DNA of 64,000 bases from Phoronis australis (taxonomy: Eukaryota > Animalia > Phoronida). The notes beneath the pieces were generated by a model. It was not told where the DNA came from. It searched no databases and worked only from the letters and a program-made list of their open reading frames with translations. The stretch spans positions 914,440-978,439 of the forward strand of contig NMRA01000067.1 in assembly GCA_002633005.1 (NCBI GenBank). Direction: 5' to 3'. This document shows positions 25,701 through 40,130 of this stretch, in pieces (position 1 is the first letter of the stretch; each line of letters begins with the position of its first letter). The translations under genes and the position numbers were made by a program.

Positions 25701-28699
25701 TACTCGATGACAAAAATGATTCCATTTGGCTTTTGAGCTTGGTAGATAATTGGAACCTGCGAGTTGTGCGGCTGGAAAAAAGACCATGGGAATGCTGAAC
25801 ATTGGACTAGTCTGATTCTGAATTTAGCTTCGATTTTGAAACTGCTGTAGTCTAACAGCTGAAACCAAACCGGAGGTTTTTGTAATGAACGAGGCGTGAC
25901 CAGTCAGTAGTCAGATCCACCCAAAAATAAACAGCTGTGGACTCATCTCTGAATTCGGGAGCACATGTACTAAAATTCATGAAGATTCACCAACGAACTT
26001 AAGTTGGCAGTTCAGTTACGAGCAATGGAAAACAAAATTGCCACTAGGAGCTGATATAATTATAGTTAAACCTGTCCAAAAACTAACCACAGTCAGCTTG
26101 CTTCAATAGCTGCAAATTTGCCATATTTCATAAAGAATCATAAAAAACTACAAGTATTGAGGTAGATGCAAAGAAAACTTAAGCGTAGATATATCCCAAA
26201 ATAAATACCAGGTGGAGTTGCTTCTATTATAGAAACCGAAGTGCCAAATTTCAGGAACTTGGTAGAAATTTAGGCAAAAGCAAAAAAACAAAACTTCCAT
26301 TGAGGGGTGCCAGAGTAGTTGGATTCATCGCAAAACATCACCAGCCTCAATAGCAACACATCTGCCCAATTAAAGAATAACATATTGAGTGGTTTGGTAG
26401 ATTAAAGCAGTGTTTTTACACTGGGAACAGTGGCATTGTGCGAGTTGTATGGCGCGAGTTGTGATGGTGCGATTTGCTCAGTCATGTTCACACACTTACA
26501 CCCAATCAGATGTTCCGTGTTAGTTGTCTGTCTGCCATGTAAATGCAACAGAGAGGTAGATGCCAGCACAAAAAACAACTCGATTTAATACAAATATCTA
26601 CTAAGGGAGCATAGAATATGCCGAATTCACCCCAAATTGTTGAAATGTTGTGTTGCTTGAATAGAAACATATTTCCCAAATTTCATAAAACTATGGTAGA
26701 TACAGCATCAAACATAAAAATTAAACTAAAGGAGCCGTAGAGGTTATGTAAGATCCGAAAGGCATAGCCATCCTTCATCAGCTTGACAGGAACAGTATCT
26801 GCCAAATTACATGAAGATCCTACAGCGGACACCATAAGCCAGACTCCTAACAGATATGACTGGTAATATGCACCCACACGCCAACAATTACAATGGGAAG
26901 AATCTCAAGGATCTGCAAGGTTGCCCACTGTAATACTTAAGATTCCTACTCAAGGTTGTAACATGTGTAGCAGCTGGTGCAAATTTCTGCCCATTAAGTC
27001 CCTACATATCCCTACAAACTATTGCTATGAATACCCCCAGGATGACAGACAACATAACACGGTGAAAGCTTTTTACAAGTCCAACTGAATACACACAAAT
27101 TATCCTGAAAAGCACCATTTTTATTAATCATGTGTAAATAAGTACTAGTATCAGTGTCTCAGTAAGGAAACATTTATTAGCAAACTGAGTAAACTCTGTG
27201 ATTGCCCTCAGAAAGTTGAGTTCATCAAAAAATTTAAGATTTGCAACCATGCGAGATATTTCTTATTTCAAGGCAACACTTACTTGACTGGAAACAAACC
27301 ACGACAAGCTGAAATCAACATTTTTGGACAAAGTTTTGCCACTTTTCCTCAGGATGCACTTTTTCTCAGAAAAATTATTGTAAAATATTCAGAAGTAGGA
27401 AATAAAATCCATGAATTATGACAAATTATTGATTTTAAATCATTTTCACACAGCGAGTTTCCCATGAAAAATCTAAATTTCGAGAGAAACTTCAAAAATA
27501 CCCTTAAAACGACAACGACTGACAGAACTTCATGTTTTTAATCTTTGCTGATAATGTTTATATATCTCTATTGGTTATCATGTTCGAAATGAGGATGTTT
27601 TGTGCTGCATCATGAATGATACCTGTGGCTAGCGAGATTTTCCCCACTTCTGATTGGACACCATAGTGTCTTTATTCCGCTGCACACTCAGCAATGCTAA
27701 ACACCATTTCACCAAACATACAGCAAAGGCTAGACTTCCCTGCCTAAACGTGCGGGAAAAGTTCAAAATTGATAACACGTTTTTAGGCAACATAGAAGGC
27801 AATGAAAATGTAGCAATTTGAGGAGTGTTCGGCTTCTGAACGGCTAAAACTTTAATTTGAAGTCAAGTTTGGAGAATGACATCCAGGTTCCAGATGAAGT
27901 TGAATATTGTTTTTCATTTTGTAATTCTGTTTTTGTCTTACTATATTACAATAATAAATAAATTATAAATAAATAAATAAGTTGACACGGACTTTAAATG
28001 AATTTTGAGAGCTGGGCGCCAAATCATACCCTATGCTGTGATTCTCAAGGTGTTTCCGTCACAACAAAGTCAAGTGATGGAGAAAATATTCTGCGGTAAT
28101 TGTGCTTGCGCTGTTCTAGGGATAAAAATGAAAAAATACAAGCAAGAACCATAGTTGTCACATGAAACCGGGGACAACTAGAAACTTTGCCAAAAGCTGT
28201 AGACCTATTCATCAAGCTGGGCCCTCTCTTCTACTGAAATATTTGGTACTATGACGCAGACTGGGTCACAGGGTTATCTGAAGCAACAGAGAACATCCAA
28301 GACTGTTATTACAGTACCATCTGAATTGACATAAAATCAACTCTGAGGATGTTTTCACACAGCCAAGCCATTTTCACCAATAAACACTAAAGAACCATAG
28401 ATCAACTGAATGTAACAGTTTTGCAGACAGATTTAAGCAGTTTTAACAATTAGGATTAAAATCAATTTTGGTTAGCTAAACATGTGGAAAAGCATTTCCC
28501 ATGATCAGAGTAAGGCATTCAGTATCAGGAACATTCTGGAAAGTTATGTGTGATTAGAGCCAGGTATTTTATCAGAATAAAATGACGTTTTCATGAGCAA
28601 TTGGCACCAAGCATAAATGAACTGTGTGGTGTAATCAAAGGGATCCAATTGTAAACAATCTATGCATTAATATCATAAAATTACTGAATTATGTGCGTT

Positions 28700-29110
28700 A
28701 ACCCTGCAAAACATACTGTAGCCGTGGATTGCTTCCAATGGCTGACTGCAAGAAAACCTTTCAACAAATACCCTCTGCAGACTATAATAGTATAACCACA
28801 GGCTAATAGGGATACTGCAACAAGATTTTTCAATAAGTGTGCTCTGCAAAACATACTACAGCAGTGGGTTGATTTAGATATTATACCTGAAGGAAGACAT
28901 TTTAACAAATGTACTCTGCAAAATAAATTATAACCACAGGCCGATTCCGATACTGGAAGAAGACTTTTCAACAAATGTGCTGCACAAAACTTACTATAGC
29001 CGTGGTTGAGATGGACGAGATGACTGCAAGAAGACGTTTTAGCAAATACGGTCTGTAAAACATTATGGTTGCGAGTTTATTTGAATACTACGGCTGCAAG
29101 AAGACAAATG
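28700..29110. repeat. Degenerate minisatellite, ~6 units of ~66-72 bp
   Basis: Recurring ACTGCAAGAAGAC.TTTCAACAAAT...TCTGCAAAAC units with alternating tails (TATAACCACAGGC / TA.AGCCGTGG.TTG). Confidence 0.7.
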
Positions 29111-32100
29111 CTGGATTGCACATAAAGTGAAAAGGAGCTAAACGAAGGCAGCTTCTTGACAGTGAACACACAATAATATGAACAACATTATGAAGGTACA
29201 CATCTATCTGGTGAATTTGCGAATTCTGATTACAGGGTGAAACAATGCCTAGTCAGAGATTAAGGACATGTTCCAAAGGACATATCGGTAGGCTGTTCTA
29301 AACAATATTTAGAGTATATTTACCCCTTTGCACTCCATGGCTTGGCTTGCATCTGCTGGCTTCAGGACCCTTAGACTGGTCTTTTTTAGGTGACACATGT
29401 TCGACTAAATAAAGTAGCAGTCAACCTCACCGTGCCTAATTGTTTAACTATTAGGCTGATAGCAATGTCTGGCAAGTATGTAAGTCCACTTGCTCACACT
29501 TTAATAGATGCATTTGTCTTGCAGATCAGTTCAAAATCACTGGCAGGGTAGACAAGGCCGATGGGTCTGGGTATTAATAGACAAGTAGTGCTCTTAGCAC
29601 AATGTTTCGTCCTTTTTACTTGTCCTGTTTTTTTGTAAGCCTCACTATTTACAGGAAACCTTTGACGCAGGATTTAAACAGAGGTTTATCTCAACCAAAT
29701 CCCTCAGGTAATCAAAAGTGAACAAAATATTGTAGGAAGAAACGAGCACAGCAGAGAATAAAATTCAAGGAAAATATCCTTCAACAAGCTATGCTGGGGT
29801 CCAGTATTGAGGCTGAAAGCTGAACTATTAATTAAAGTGCTTCAAAATTAAGTTGAGTCTAGGAGAGCACTAAGGGTCAATTGGAAACCCCCTTGGAAAA
29901 CAGATAAAAACATACGGTAAGTTTGCAGACGTATTGAACTGGGAAGGCAAAGCATTCATTAGTTGGAATCCTGGATTTCGGCATCATTCAAGTTTCCTGA
30001 CGCAAGGACACATGCTGTGATATGGTAGAATCACACAAACTAAAATGAAATGCTAAATCATCATGAGGGACCATCTGGAATTGGCGCATGGGGCAACTCC
30101 GGACGGTCTGGGGTCAACAGGTAACCAGATATATTCCGCCGATTACATTTCATTGATTGTAAAGCCGATGGTTTGATGATAAGAGCTGCCAGAAGAAATA
30201 TGATGCGTTTACAATTTCCCCCTTTTCATATACGTAAATAAAACAACAAAAATGGATCACTGAAATTTTCGGATATGATAACATCCTTTGTCAACAGAAA
30301 CAGAAATAAAGTAAAATCAAACACTACATGACAACTGACATCTGATATATGGGGTAATGAGCATGATACATTGTTGCAGAAAAAAGTAAAGGATATAATT
30401 TAAGAAGTCTTTATGTTCAATCCATTAGATTCAAGTGTATTGAACAATTTTGGATAAATAACCTGCGTGGTACATATTTGCTCTCCATTTTTAACAATAA
30501 TCGTTGTGAGCACAGCAGTCCCTTCAAGAATCGTGCATCGTCGTTGCGCACACGACACTGAAAACTAGAGTCTCCCAAAACAAGTTGACAGTTGGATGGT
30601 TTAAAAGTGCATCATTCTTAAGTTCTCCTGTGAGTCTGCACTAGTATGATAAACGAGAGTGGTTCTGCTTGCTGGGTCAGCTGTAGGTATCATTATCTCT
30701 TTTATGACACACAACATGTGACTGGACAAAGCCTTTCATATTAGTATAGATAAGCCAGTGAAGCCTGTGACCGTGACGCACCTGTCAAGTCCTCACAACA
30801 CTGCACGTTATGAACTGACAAAACCGACCTTTTTCATTTTTTGAAAGCTCCTAATGTTCTTACGAAGGCCCACAAGTTCTAAAAAAACTTTCTGATGGCC
30901 ACTACTGTATAGCACTTACAAATGATAAAGTAGTTATTTGGTGTAAATTCTTTAGAATTTATTTTATTATTTTAACAACAATCATTACTTGTCAGCATTA
31001 TATTCAATTAGTCACCAAGTACAATATATTTGATCTCATTAGCTATCTGAAAATATACTTGAAAATCTTCACATAAAAATTGCATTTAAAAGCATAAGCT
31101 TGCACACTTCCATGATCATAGCACCACCTGGCAATAACATCAATATCACATAAAGACCAAAGCTAATTTGAAAGCTCAATTGAACTTCACTGACATGCCC
31201 CTTTACCACTCAGATTTAAATGATGGTAAAGGATATCAATACACACATGCTTTCTAGTGTTTGACACACTTGGATTTCTAATGAATGTGGATTGGCAATT
31301 ATCTGTGCCTTTCATATTGCCCAATAAATTACAAATTAAACCAGTAGGAGAATCAATTTCATTCAAATACCAATTGACAACCAATTGCTGCATTCCCATA
31401 TAGTGATGACATAACAAAAATACATCTTGTCATTTAGGATGAAAACTGTGTAGTCTGTGCTAAGCATCCTTGGCCACTAGGTGGGGGGTCTGGCTGTTAT
31501 GCTTAGAAGCCAGCCTCCCCTCTGAGAGAAGCAAAATAATGTGGAGTCAAATCTGAGACATTTTGCAAGAGGCCACAGACAAAGATTAGCAATTCCTTGT
31601 TTCAATGTATCTGATCAAATTTCAAAGTTGAAGTCCATAAAATTGTAAACTATGATATGAATTTTCATCTAGCATCAGTTTTGTACCAACAAGCCTGCAA
31701 TTTTTGTGACAATTGGAAATTATTTATCATACCTACCAAATAATTTCATCTGTGGTAAATACACTGGATGCCAATGACAGCAGTTTTTGTCAGTGTGAAA
31801 AAGACCCTACTCACTAAAACAGTTTCAGGAAATGTAATTCGTAACAAAGTGTTCAGTCAACAAAGGAGTCCAAAGATAAAATACGAAACTATTTAAGACA
31901 TTTGTAAAACAACAAAACTTTAGCAAACCTCTTTATTTGTCAGTTAACCCAGTTTTTTTAACTTCACTTTCTGTAACAGTCTATAAATAAAGAAGCATTG
32001 ACTGGTGTTGGCTATTGCCCAATGAATGTTGTTGGAATAGCCTGTTTCTTGCTTAATAACATTTCTGTGGTATAAACTGAACATGAAAAATGTTGTAGCA

Positions 32101-34919
32101 TTACATAAAGGCTAGAGAGAAAAAGGAATGCCAACCTTGTTCAATAATTTCTCTGCCTGGTATTCCTAAGAATCAAAAGCTGAATTTTAAAATAACACTC
32201 GTTTTCTAGACATTTGTAAGACTGCATGCGTATGTTTAGGCCCATGCACTAGCATGAGCAGGCGGATTAGTTTGTAATATGAAAAGTAATATATATAAAC
32301 AGGGTCAAGCACATTCACTGTGCCACTAGATATGCCTGACAAACTTTTTGACTTCTGCACAACAATTAGCACTAGCAGTTTTACTTGTTTGTAATTCTTT
32401 TCACTTTTTAAAGGCATTCTGGCATTGGAAGAAAAACTGAATTATCTAATTAAAAACAACTTCTCAAAGTACTCGTCTTAGAAAGTAGACTAGTTTGATA
32501 AAAAAATCCGTTAGGTATATTGTGTTCTACAAATACAAAACTTCTGCCTCCCCCAATGCTGTTAATATTGTACATTGAATTAAAGGACCTTCAGCTGAAC
32601 CCAAGCCCACAGATTGATTCTGTCATGAAATGAATACGTCAATTAACTTTGATTTTATTACACTCAACTGTCAGATGATCAAGCCATCTTAGTGCGGATA
32701 AATTTGAGGCAAATTAATTAGAAAGCAAAGGTTGCTCAAAATTAGCGTCCAAGGAAAACATTTAATGTGATTGTTTGTCTTGCAATAGTGGAGAAAACTG
32801 TCTAGGCGGGTGGGCTAATCAGAATGATAATTTGTAAGGCACAATGGTTTCACAAGAATTTAATTGAGGGATTTCATCTATAGTGCTCCTGTTAAGCATT
32901 TAGTGCCATACACACACAGACTCATGGTATACTAGAACAAGTTACTGCTAGAACGAGTTGTCGCTAGGTTTGAGGACTGGGTGGATGCCAGTGCTACTTA
33001 CTCCGCCTTATAGAAGTGGAGTAACTTGTTCAAGGATGACTTGCACTACTTCTGGCCACAACCTGGGGCAAGGCGGAGTTAATTATAAGCTGCAGCTACA
33101 AACAGAAGGGTTTCCTTTTGCGCACCGTACTCGCATTAGGTGTCACACTGTCACATTAAAGCGGCAACTTCCGCCTTCTATCCCAGATATCGGCTATGTG
33201 TGTGTGTGTGTGGGTGTGTGCACGTGCGTGGGCGCTCTGCTTAAAAGTGGGGTAGCATGTACCCAGTGCACGTAGTTCTAAGGTAGGCTGTGTTTGGATG
33301 GGACAATGTCAGCTTATTATAAAACATCTGGTGACAACACAATGTTCAGTAACTGGAGTGCAACAGAATGGAAGCCAAGGGTACAATACAACATGCTGTC
33401 AGGTGCCAGTAGTCATGATGAAACAACTATCAAAAGATTGAAAATGAACCTCAAAATGCATCAGAGTAAAGATAGCTAAAATCTATTGCACAAAAATTTT
33501 TGAGGCATGAGCCATACGATCACCATGAAGTCAAATCTCCTCATAAAAACAAATTATAAATCAGGCTAAACATCCTTAAACTAGTTTGTGACATCACTGT
33601 GGGTGGATGCATTTGGAAGTGACCAAATTGTTGACATGCTTATACCTAAAGCAATAAATTAACTGTTACTACTCCAGAAAACAGCATTAGTGCAAATTTG
33701 TCACTTGTGCTCAGAAGCTTTTAAAATTAGGATTACTGTGCAGTCCTAAATGAATGAGTTTGAACAATAGTCTTTACCTCGGGTGTCCTCTTTTACACAC
33801 CATGGTTTAGACACAACAGATATGACAGGGTAAAAAAGCTGGACTTGGTTAGCTCTACAATGTCTTGAACCACGCGTTCCAACTTTTTAAAACATATCTA
33901 TAGCGTTGATATGCACCCAGCGTGTGCACTGCATACACCACGGATACAAAAGATGATCATTATTTTAAACATTCTCACTAGAGGGAGCAACTCTCTAGGT
34001 GTAGGGGTTGCCACAGCAGGCAGATCCATCCAAAAATTATTGTCAGCCATGCCTTGTTGATCTTTGCCCACTTTGTTTCCAGAAATCAAAATGAAAGTCA
34101 AGGCCCACACATCCATTTCAAAGTAATGATGACCAAAACCAATCATTATTGATATTTTGCCAATCTCCCCCCTCTATGCTAAACATTGAAAACCCTGATG
34201 ACTTGAAGACTGCACCTTTAAGAAACAATGATGTCGACAGTTGTTGGTCAGAAATTGAAATTGTGTACTTGCTAGTAGTCATTATTTTCTCAACCACATA
34301 ATCTAAATTCCAATAACTGGCAGTCTAGATTATTACACTTTCATCATTTCCAAATAGGAGAGAACGTTTCCCATGTTAACTGCCATTTTCATCTTCTCAT
34401 GTAATATATCGTTGCTATCAATTCTTAATTTACTTTCTAAACTTCCTGTTAAGTACCTTTCTCTTATTTCCTATGTTGAACAGCTGATTAACCACTTTAA
34501 TAATACAGTGTTCAGCAGTTCAACAAGCAAATAATCATGTAGCTGGTCATGCACTTACAAACAAAAGTTGGTCATGTACTTGCCTCAGTCTTCAGACAGC
34601 CTGAGGCAACAATGAAAATTCACATTATTCTCGTACATGACGTGGTAGCAAAAAATTGTACGCTGGATAATGACGTCACATTAGCACGCGACGTTGCTAT
34701 TGTCGAAAACTGTGCTTGATGTCATGCAACATTCAAATTTATCCAGTGAATAAGTTCTTGAAATTTCATGCAGCCCTGAGCCCTGGAAAACAAATCTAGA
34801 CTCAGCACATCACTCACATTAAACTTCAATTGTTCAAGGATTATTACTAAGGCAGAAATTTGACTAAAAGAACAACTTACAAAAGATTACAGAAGACTTT
34901 CTCACACAAAAAATGATTA

Positions 34920-36897
34920 CCATATTCACCCTAATATGATAAGCACCCGGGCACTTAGAAAAATTTGTTTCGGGTTGGGGGCTTACTGTAACCTAAGGTG
35001 GATCATTAGTTAAAGCGGGACTCAGAAAACGGGTGAAATTGGAAGTTAGAATTCACCAAACTTATGCTCTGTGACGTATCTGTATAACCTTTGATAGAAT
35101 TTCTCTAAAGCTCAGTGGTGCATTGCTTAATCAAACTTCATTGTTAAATTACGTAAGGCCATTTTACAGAAAATTGGGCTGAAATACCGAGCCGAGTCGC
35201 CAATGCACCACTGCCTCACGATCGTAGATATGGCAACTTGAATAAAAATACAGTTTCAACATAACAAATTTACCTGAAAACCTCACTAAATTTTTCCAAA
35301 GCGTTCTTAAGATTTCTAAGTTCCTGTGGGGTCAGGGATTAACAACAGGTTAAGTCCAAGACTGTACCCTGAAACGCAAGAAAAATCATCTCGGAAAACA
35401 TAATCATGTTGTCGTCACATGACGTTTATGTTGACTGGAATTGTAGCGTGCGTTTCCTGGCCACGTGCTTTTAACACCAAGCTTTCTTATTTGTGAGACA
35501 GAATGAGAACCTGAATCTTCAATTAAAGGCAGCAATGAAATTTGGAATCCTGTTCATGTGGAGAATTTCTCCCTTACACTGGGTCAGGGCTCAGATTCCC
35601 TAAGCCCCAGGCCCAGTCTCTAAACTTTGTACTCGAAACGAATTTCGAAACTACTTTTGGCAATTTCTCTGCTCCTTTTGTGCAAATTTAAGATAATTGG
35701 TTATCAGACTGTGCTCGAATACGTTATAGTTTATGCATAGGAGTTTCTAGTTCAAGTTTGCCCTTGAAGACCCTTATATTCGTGCTACAAACTCGAGTAA
35801 AAACTCGAAATTTCGAGTTCAAACTCAAACTTATTGCTTTAATATTGGGTTTACAAACTGTGAACTAAGGGCAATAAATTATCTACGTAAGTTATTGTGT
35901 ACTCGAGCATAGAATAATAGACACTTATCTTGAGTTCGCCCAAAAGTAGAGTAGAAAATGCCAAACCAAATTTCGAGTTCCACTTCGAGTAAAAAGATTG
36001 GAGACCGGGCCCCAGACAACTTTTATGATCTCTATTCAGCCCACCCTTTGTAATGATGATCTGAGCTAATTAAGCGGTAATAGTTAACACTACTTTCTTA
36101 ACAATGGTGGTCGTTATTACACCCAAATTGTTTTTCTCTGACATTTGCACAGAGTTAAAGCCTGCAATGTGGAGAGCAGTTTTAACTTCTTGGTACATTT
36201 TAAATATTACAAAAAGAATAAAAATTTAATTTGCGTTATCTTGACAAAGGGCCACTTCCCAAAGGAACATTGGTTTTAAGTATGTTTCATACCTGTTTTC
36301 ATTACTTTATTTTAACACTCCTGTCTACTTGCTTTTTTGCGGATGAGGGTGGCTATCTTTTTATTTTGTGTTTAAACAAAGCATCAAACAACTTAGAAGT
36401 CAGTTAATTGTGAACCCATACCTGACTTTTCCAGAGTACAGCTACATGTCACAGCAATACTCCACGTGATACTAGTTCAAGTTCAATATCTTTATTCGAA
36501 CTCAAATCATAAAATATATACAAATGTGCACATATGGTGATAGCCAAACTGTGCTAGATTTGGAACCTCTGGACAATTTTGGTTGCAGTAACTACATAAC
36601 TATTCTAGCTTTTCCCAAGTCATAAAAAATGTAATCAAAGTTCTTGCCCACAGACCAACCTCCTCCACTGATTGCACTCTGTGTGCCACAAGTGCTCTAG
36701 AAATTAGGTGCACAATGATTATTTCAATACTGCCGATCTTGTTTACAAATTGAAGACATTACTGTAGAATTTTAGTACACTGTAGATAAGTCATTTTTAC
36801 ATGTACATGTTCATGGGCTGAGCGCTTGTTTCAGCGAAGTCTGAAAACACGAGGGAGGCGCTTATAAGGGCACGGGCGCTTATTAGGGAAAATACGG
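34920..36897 (+). mobile_element. Family A pogo-like non-autonomous element, both ends present (~2 kb), with a nested MITE
   Basis: TA|CCATATTCACCCTAATA...AAGCACCCG and CGGGCGCTTATTAGGGAAAATACGG|TA. The 5' part is homologous to 110-672. Confidence 0.65.
35610..36011. mobile_element. Harbinger-like MITE nested in the family A element
   Basis: TIR GGCCCAGTCTCTAAACTTTGTACTCGAA / TTCGAGTAAAAAGATTGGAGACCGGGCC. Possible 3-bp TSD CCA. Internal ACTCGA repeats. Confidence 0.7.
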
Positions 36898-37253
36898 TAA
36901 CAAGATTGTTTAGTTTAGATTCAACTAAGTTAAAAACAATCCAAGAGAACTTTTTCAAACATTTTAAAAACATGCTAACTTTCCTAATCTCTATGTTCTT
37001 ACGTATTATGGTAAACTACACTTTAAACAATTTGTGACACTTAAAAATAACTAAACTTTCATAAAACTTTGATCTATATGATTTTGAAATATGAAAATTT
37101 GGTCATAAAGAACTTAACAAAATGAATGTTGTCAAAGTATGGCCTTTTAAAGAATCAAAAAAGTGAGCAGTTGATAATTCATTCCAGGCTCAGCTATTGA
37201 GTTATACATAGGGGGTAATAAAACAATTATCTTCCCAGCCAGGTCCATAAACA

Positions 37254-37729
37254 CAGACCTTTATGCAGTGTACATCCTGGGCATCCAAATGGACACCCTA
37301 GCACTAATATGGACGCCCTGGCAAGGACTTCCAATGTATCATTTGGACGCCCACTATCAATAGGAACTTTTCAAGTTTGGACACACACATTGTAATGATT
37401 ACTAGGAAGCCTATGAAGACTCACAGTGGTGGCTCTTTTTTCAAAGCAGGAAGAAATATACAATGTATATACAATATCGCTATGCTCACACTTGGTTGAT
37501 AGCATTGTAAAAGTCTTGGTCTACAGTTTTTTTTAGAAAAATGCTCACTACAGAAGGATGTTTTGTAAACTTAGATGTAAAAACCTTGATTTATGTATTT
37601 TTTTGTAAAAAAATCTGTGTGTTGGGGGATTGCTGGGGGTGGGGATTACGCGTCGGAATCATGGACGCCCTCCAATATTGGGAACCCCATTTTGGACACC
37701 CTATTTTCGAAATCCTGGATAAAGGCTTA
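37254..37729 (-). mobile_element. Second, inverted copy of the hAT-type MITE at 22014-22504
   Basis: Reverse-complement homology over the full length. TSD CATAAACA/CATAAACC (7/8 match). Confidence 0.9.
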
Positions 37730-39048
37730 CATAAACCCTTTAAGCTGTACTTACACAGGACAACTGGGACAGTTGTATACCAAGAGCAGTGTTCACAAAG
37801 AAACCATGCAGTTGATAATTTTCCAGACTGATAGAAACAGAAAAGCAATTAGTTTTCTTTGAATTCAAAACGTAACCTGAATGCCCTATTGTCTAGAATT
37901 TTTTTAATGTTTTAGTCAGAAGCTGCACATTTCTATGCAAAACCAGGAGAATCCTGTTTGTTTTTCTTTCGAGGGCTTAGACATCTGGTCAATTGTTAGT
38001 TATGCATATTGTTTTATTTACATGAATGAGACACAAACAAGTAACACACATGAAGCAAAGAAGACAAATAAGAACAATCTGAATTCACTTGGGTTTCCGA
38101 GGTCCCAAGAGATACAATAAACATTCTTCAACTCAAGAAGCAATCGTATCTCAGTCTGCAAACAGTGGGTTACATCAGTGGCCAGTGGTACATCCACTGT
38201 TACAATTATAAGCTGAATTTTGGTTTTGATTTTTTACATCATGTTTGTCCATAACACTTTAGCATTATTGAAAACGACTGTGACAGGTTGAAGAATTAAT
38301 TAACATGCCTGAGGAAACGTTTTGGTACATACGCATCACAAGAATAGTTGTACGGGATCTACACTTATGAAATGAAAACAGCTTCACATCCTGGCGTTTT
38401 CCAGAATTAACCAAAAGAGCTCATAATCAAGTTGGCAATACAATCTTCTGACTTTTTGTCTGTATGTTAAAAGTTACAGTGCATTATTTGCACGAGTAGG
38501 CTCAGACATTGAGACACAGCCACGGTTAGTGGCATTTACAGGTCATACCAGTCACACCAGCAGATCATGCAAGTCAGCAAGTTCACTCAAACCACAGATG
38601 CTAATTGAGGTAAATAGTCCCCATCAGGCCTCATGGGAAATATGAAAGTTGGACTGGCGGAATGGCAACAACTAGTATAAGAAGAAGTCAAAATGCTTAG
38701 AAACGATTTTACAAAAAAGGACTTTTATAACTTCTTTTTGCTGAATAAAAAGAAGCACAATTGAAGTCCAAGATAATATGTGCACAGAGCCATCTATTGT
38801 TATTTATGAAACATTAGGTCATTTCTCACTATTTTTAATCCCATGGTAAAAGCACGTGGAAATACTGCTAATTTTCATGAGTTTTCTACAAAGTTTCCCA
38901 CCATCAAAGTAGTCACCATGTACTACTATAAGTTAAATACTCATTCTTTACGAACCATTAAGGCGTTTTCCCATTGATCCCAACTTGTTTGATTCTATAG
39001 TCCAACAACAAGTAGGGATGAACACCTCTGCAATATCTTACACAACTG

Positions 39049-39567
39049 AAGCGTGGGCGCCCGCTAGTGTGCACTCGCGAACACAAGGAACAGCTCCTGA
39101 ACAGCTGTGAGCGCTCACTGTGCGATCCAGTATGGCCACTCTGAAGCAGATAGTGTTGAACGTCTTAGCCGATGAGCTTAACACTAACAGTCCTTCCTAT
39201 GCGTACTGAGCGATAAATATGATTAATCTTTGCCAATAATTATTAATATCGGCAGCCCAAGACAACAACCGTGAAGGCTTCAGCCCGACAAGAATCGAAA
39301 ATTACGTCGAGGAAACTGTTCCTCGCTACAGCGACCCGCAATTTAAGTCGCAGTTTCGGATGAGTCGGTCAACTTTTAAGGTTAGTTTTCGTGTTGCAGA
39401 ACCATAATGGGTTCATATGTTCCAGACGTGAAGCTTTCGCAAGACGCCATCTTGGAAATCTAAGCGAACATGCTCTCGAGGTTGTTCGCGAGCGCTAACG
39501 TGAACACAGCTGTTCAGGACGAGGGCGCTCAAATCGCTCGCGGGTGCTCACTCTATTGAACACGCTT
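39049..39567 (+). mobile_element. Harbinger deletion derivative retaining the first exon of a HARBI1-like transposase
   Basis: Termini AAGCGTG/CACGCTT with CTG TSD. 39132-39380 translates (two stops) to ...RIENYVEETVPRYSDPQFKSQFRMSRSTFK, followed by a GT donor-like site. FRM.R.TF is typical of Harbinger transposases. Confidence 0.75.
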
Positions 39568-40130
39568 CTGATTAACTCCATTCTGGCATTGATGGTTGGA
39601 GGGTAGGCTCTCTTTTGTTCGATAATTGCTCTAACCTCTGATCAGATCCTATCTAGCCTAACTGGGCTGTGCTGCCAAAAATGAAAGTTAAGTTATAACA
39701 TATTTGAACATAAACCAATAGCATTTCTGAATTCCTTGTCAAATGCTGATCATGTTTAGTTTTTGAATTACCAAAATCACCAACTACAACAGAAGTTAAG
39801 ACAATCCATTCTGTCAGGTTTCAGTAACCCTTTGAAGCCTGGGAGACAATAAAAGACTGTGCTGGGCAGTTAACAAAAGAGCCAGATGTTATCAGAACCC
39901 CTCACATCTGGAAAAGTTGCTGAACTGACAGTCGTCATCATGGTTTGCCCATTTCTATGTGACAATTTTATATGCATTACATACAGTAATTGGATCGTTA
40001 ATCTGCATTTTGGATAAATTGAAATCTTAGGGCTATCCTGTCAAAACTGTCGTTATGTGGATTTAAGGCACTGATATTTAGCCAATCATCTCTATTGCAT
40101 CTCCCATTCATTGTATTTAAAATAAGTCTC

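Noticed and set aside
23400-26400. Degenerate AAATTTCATGAA / GTAGTCAGATCC repeats at ~23400-23620 and ~25890-26400
   Set aside because: Probably an old repeat family, but too decayed to define boundaries or class.
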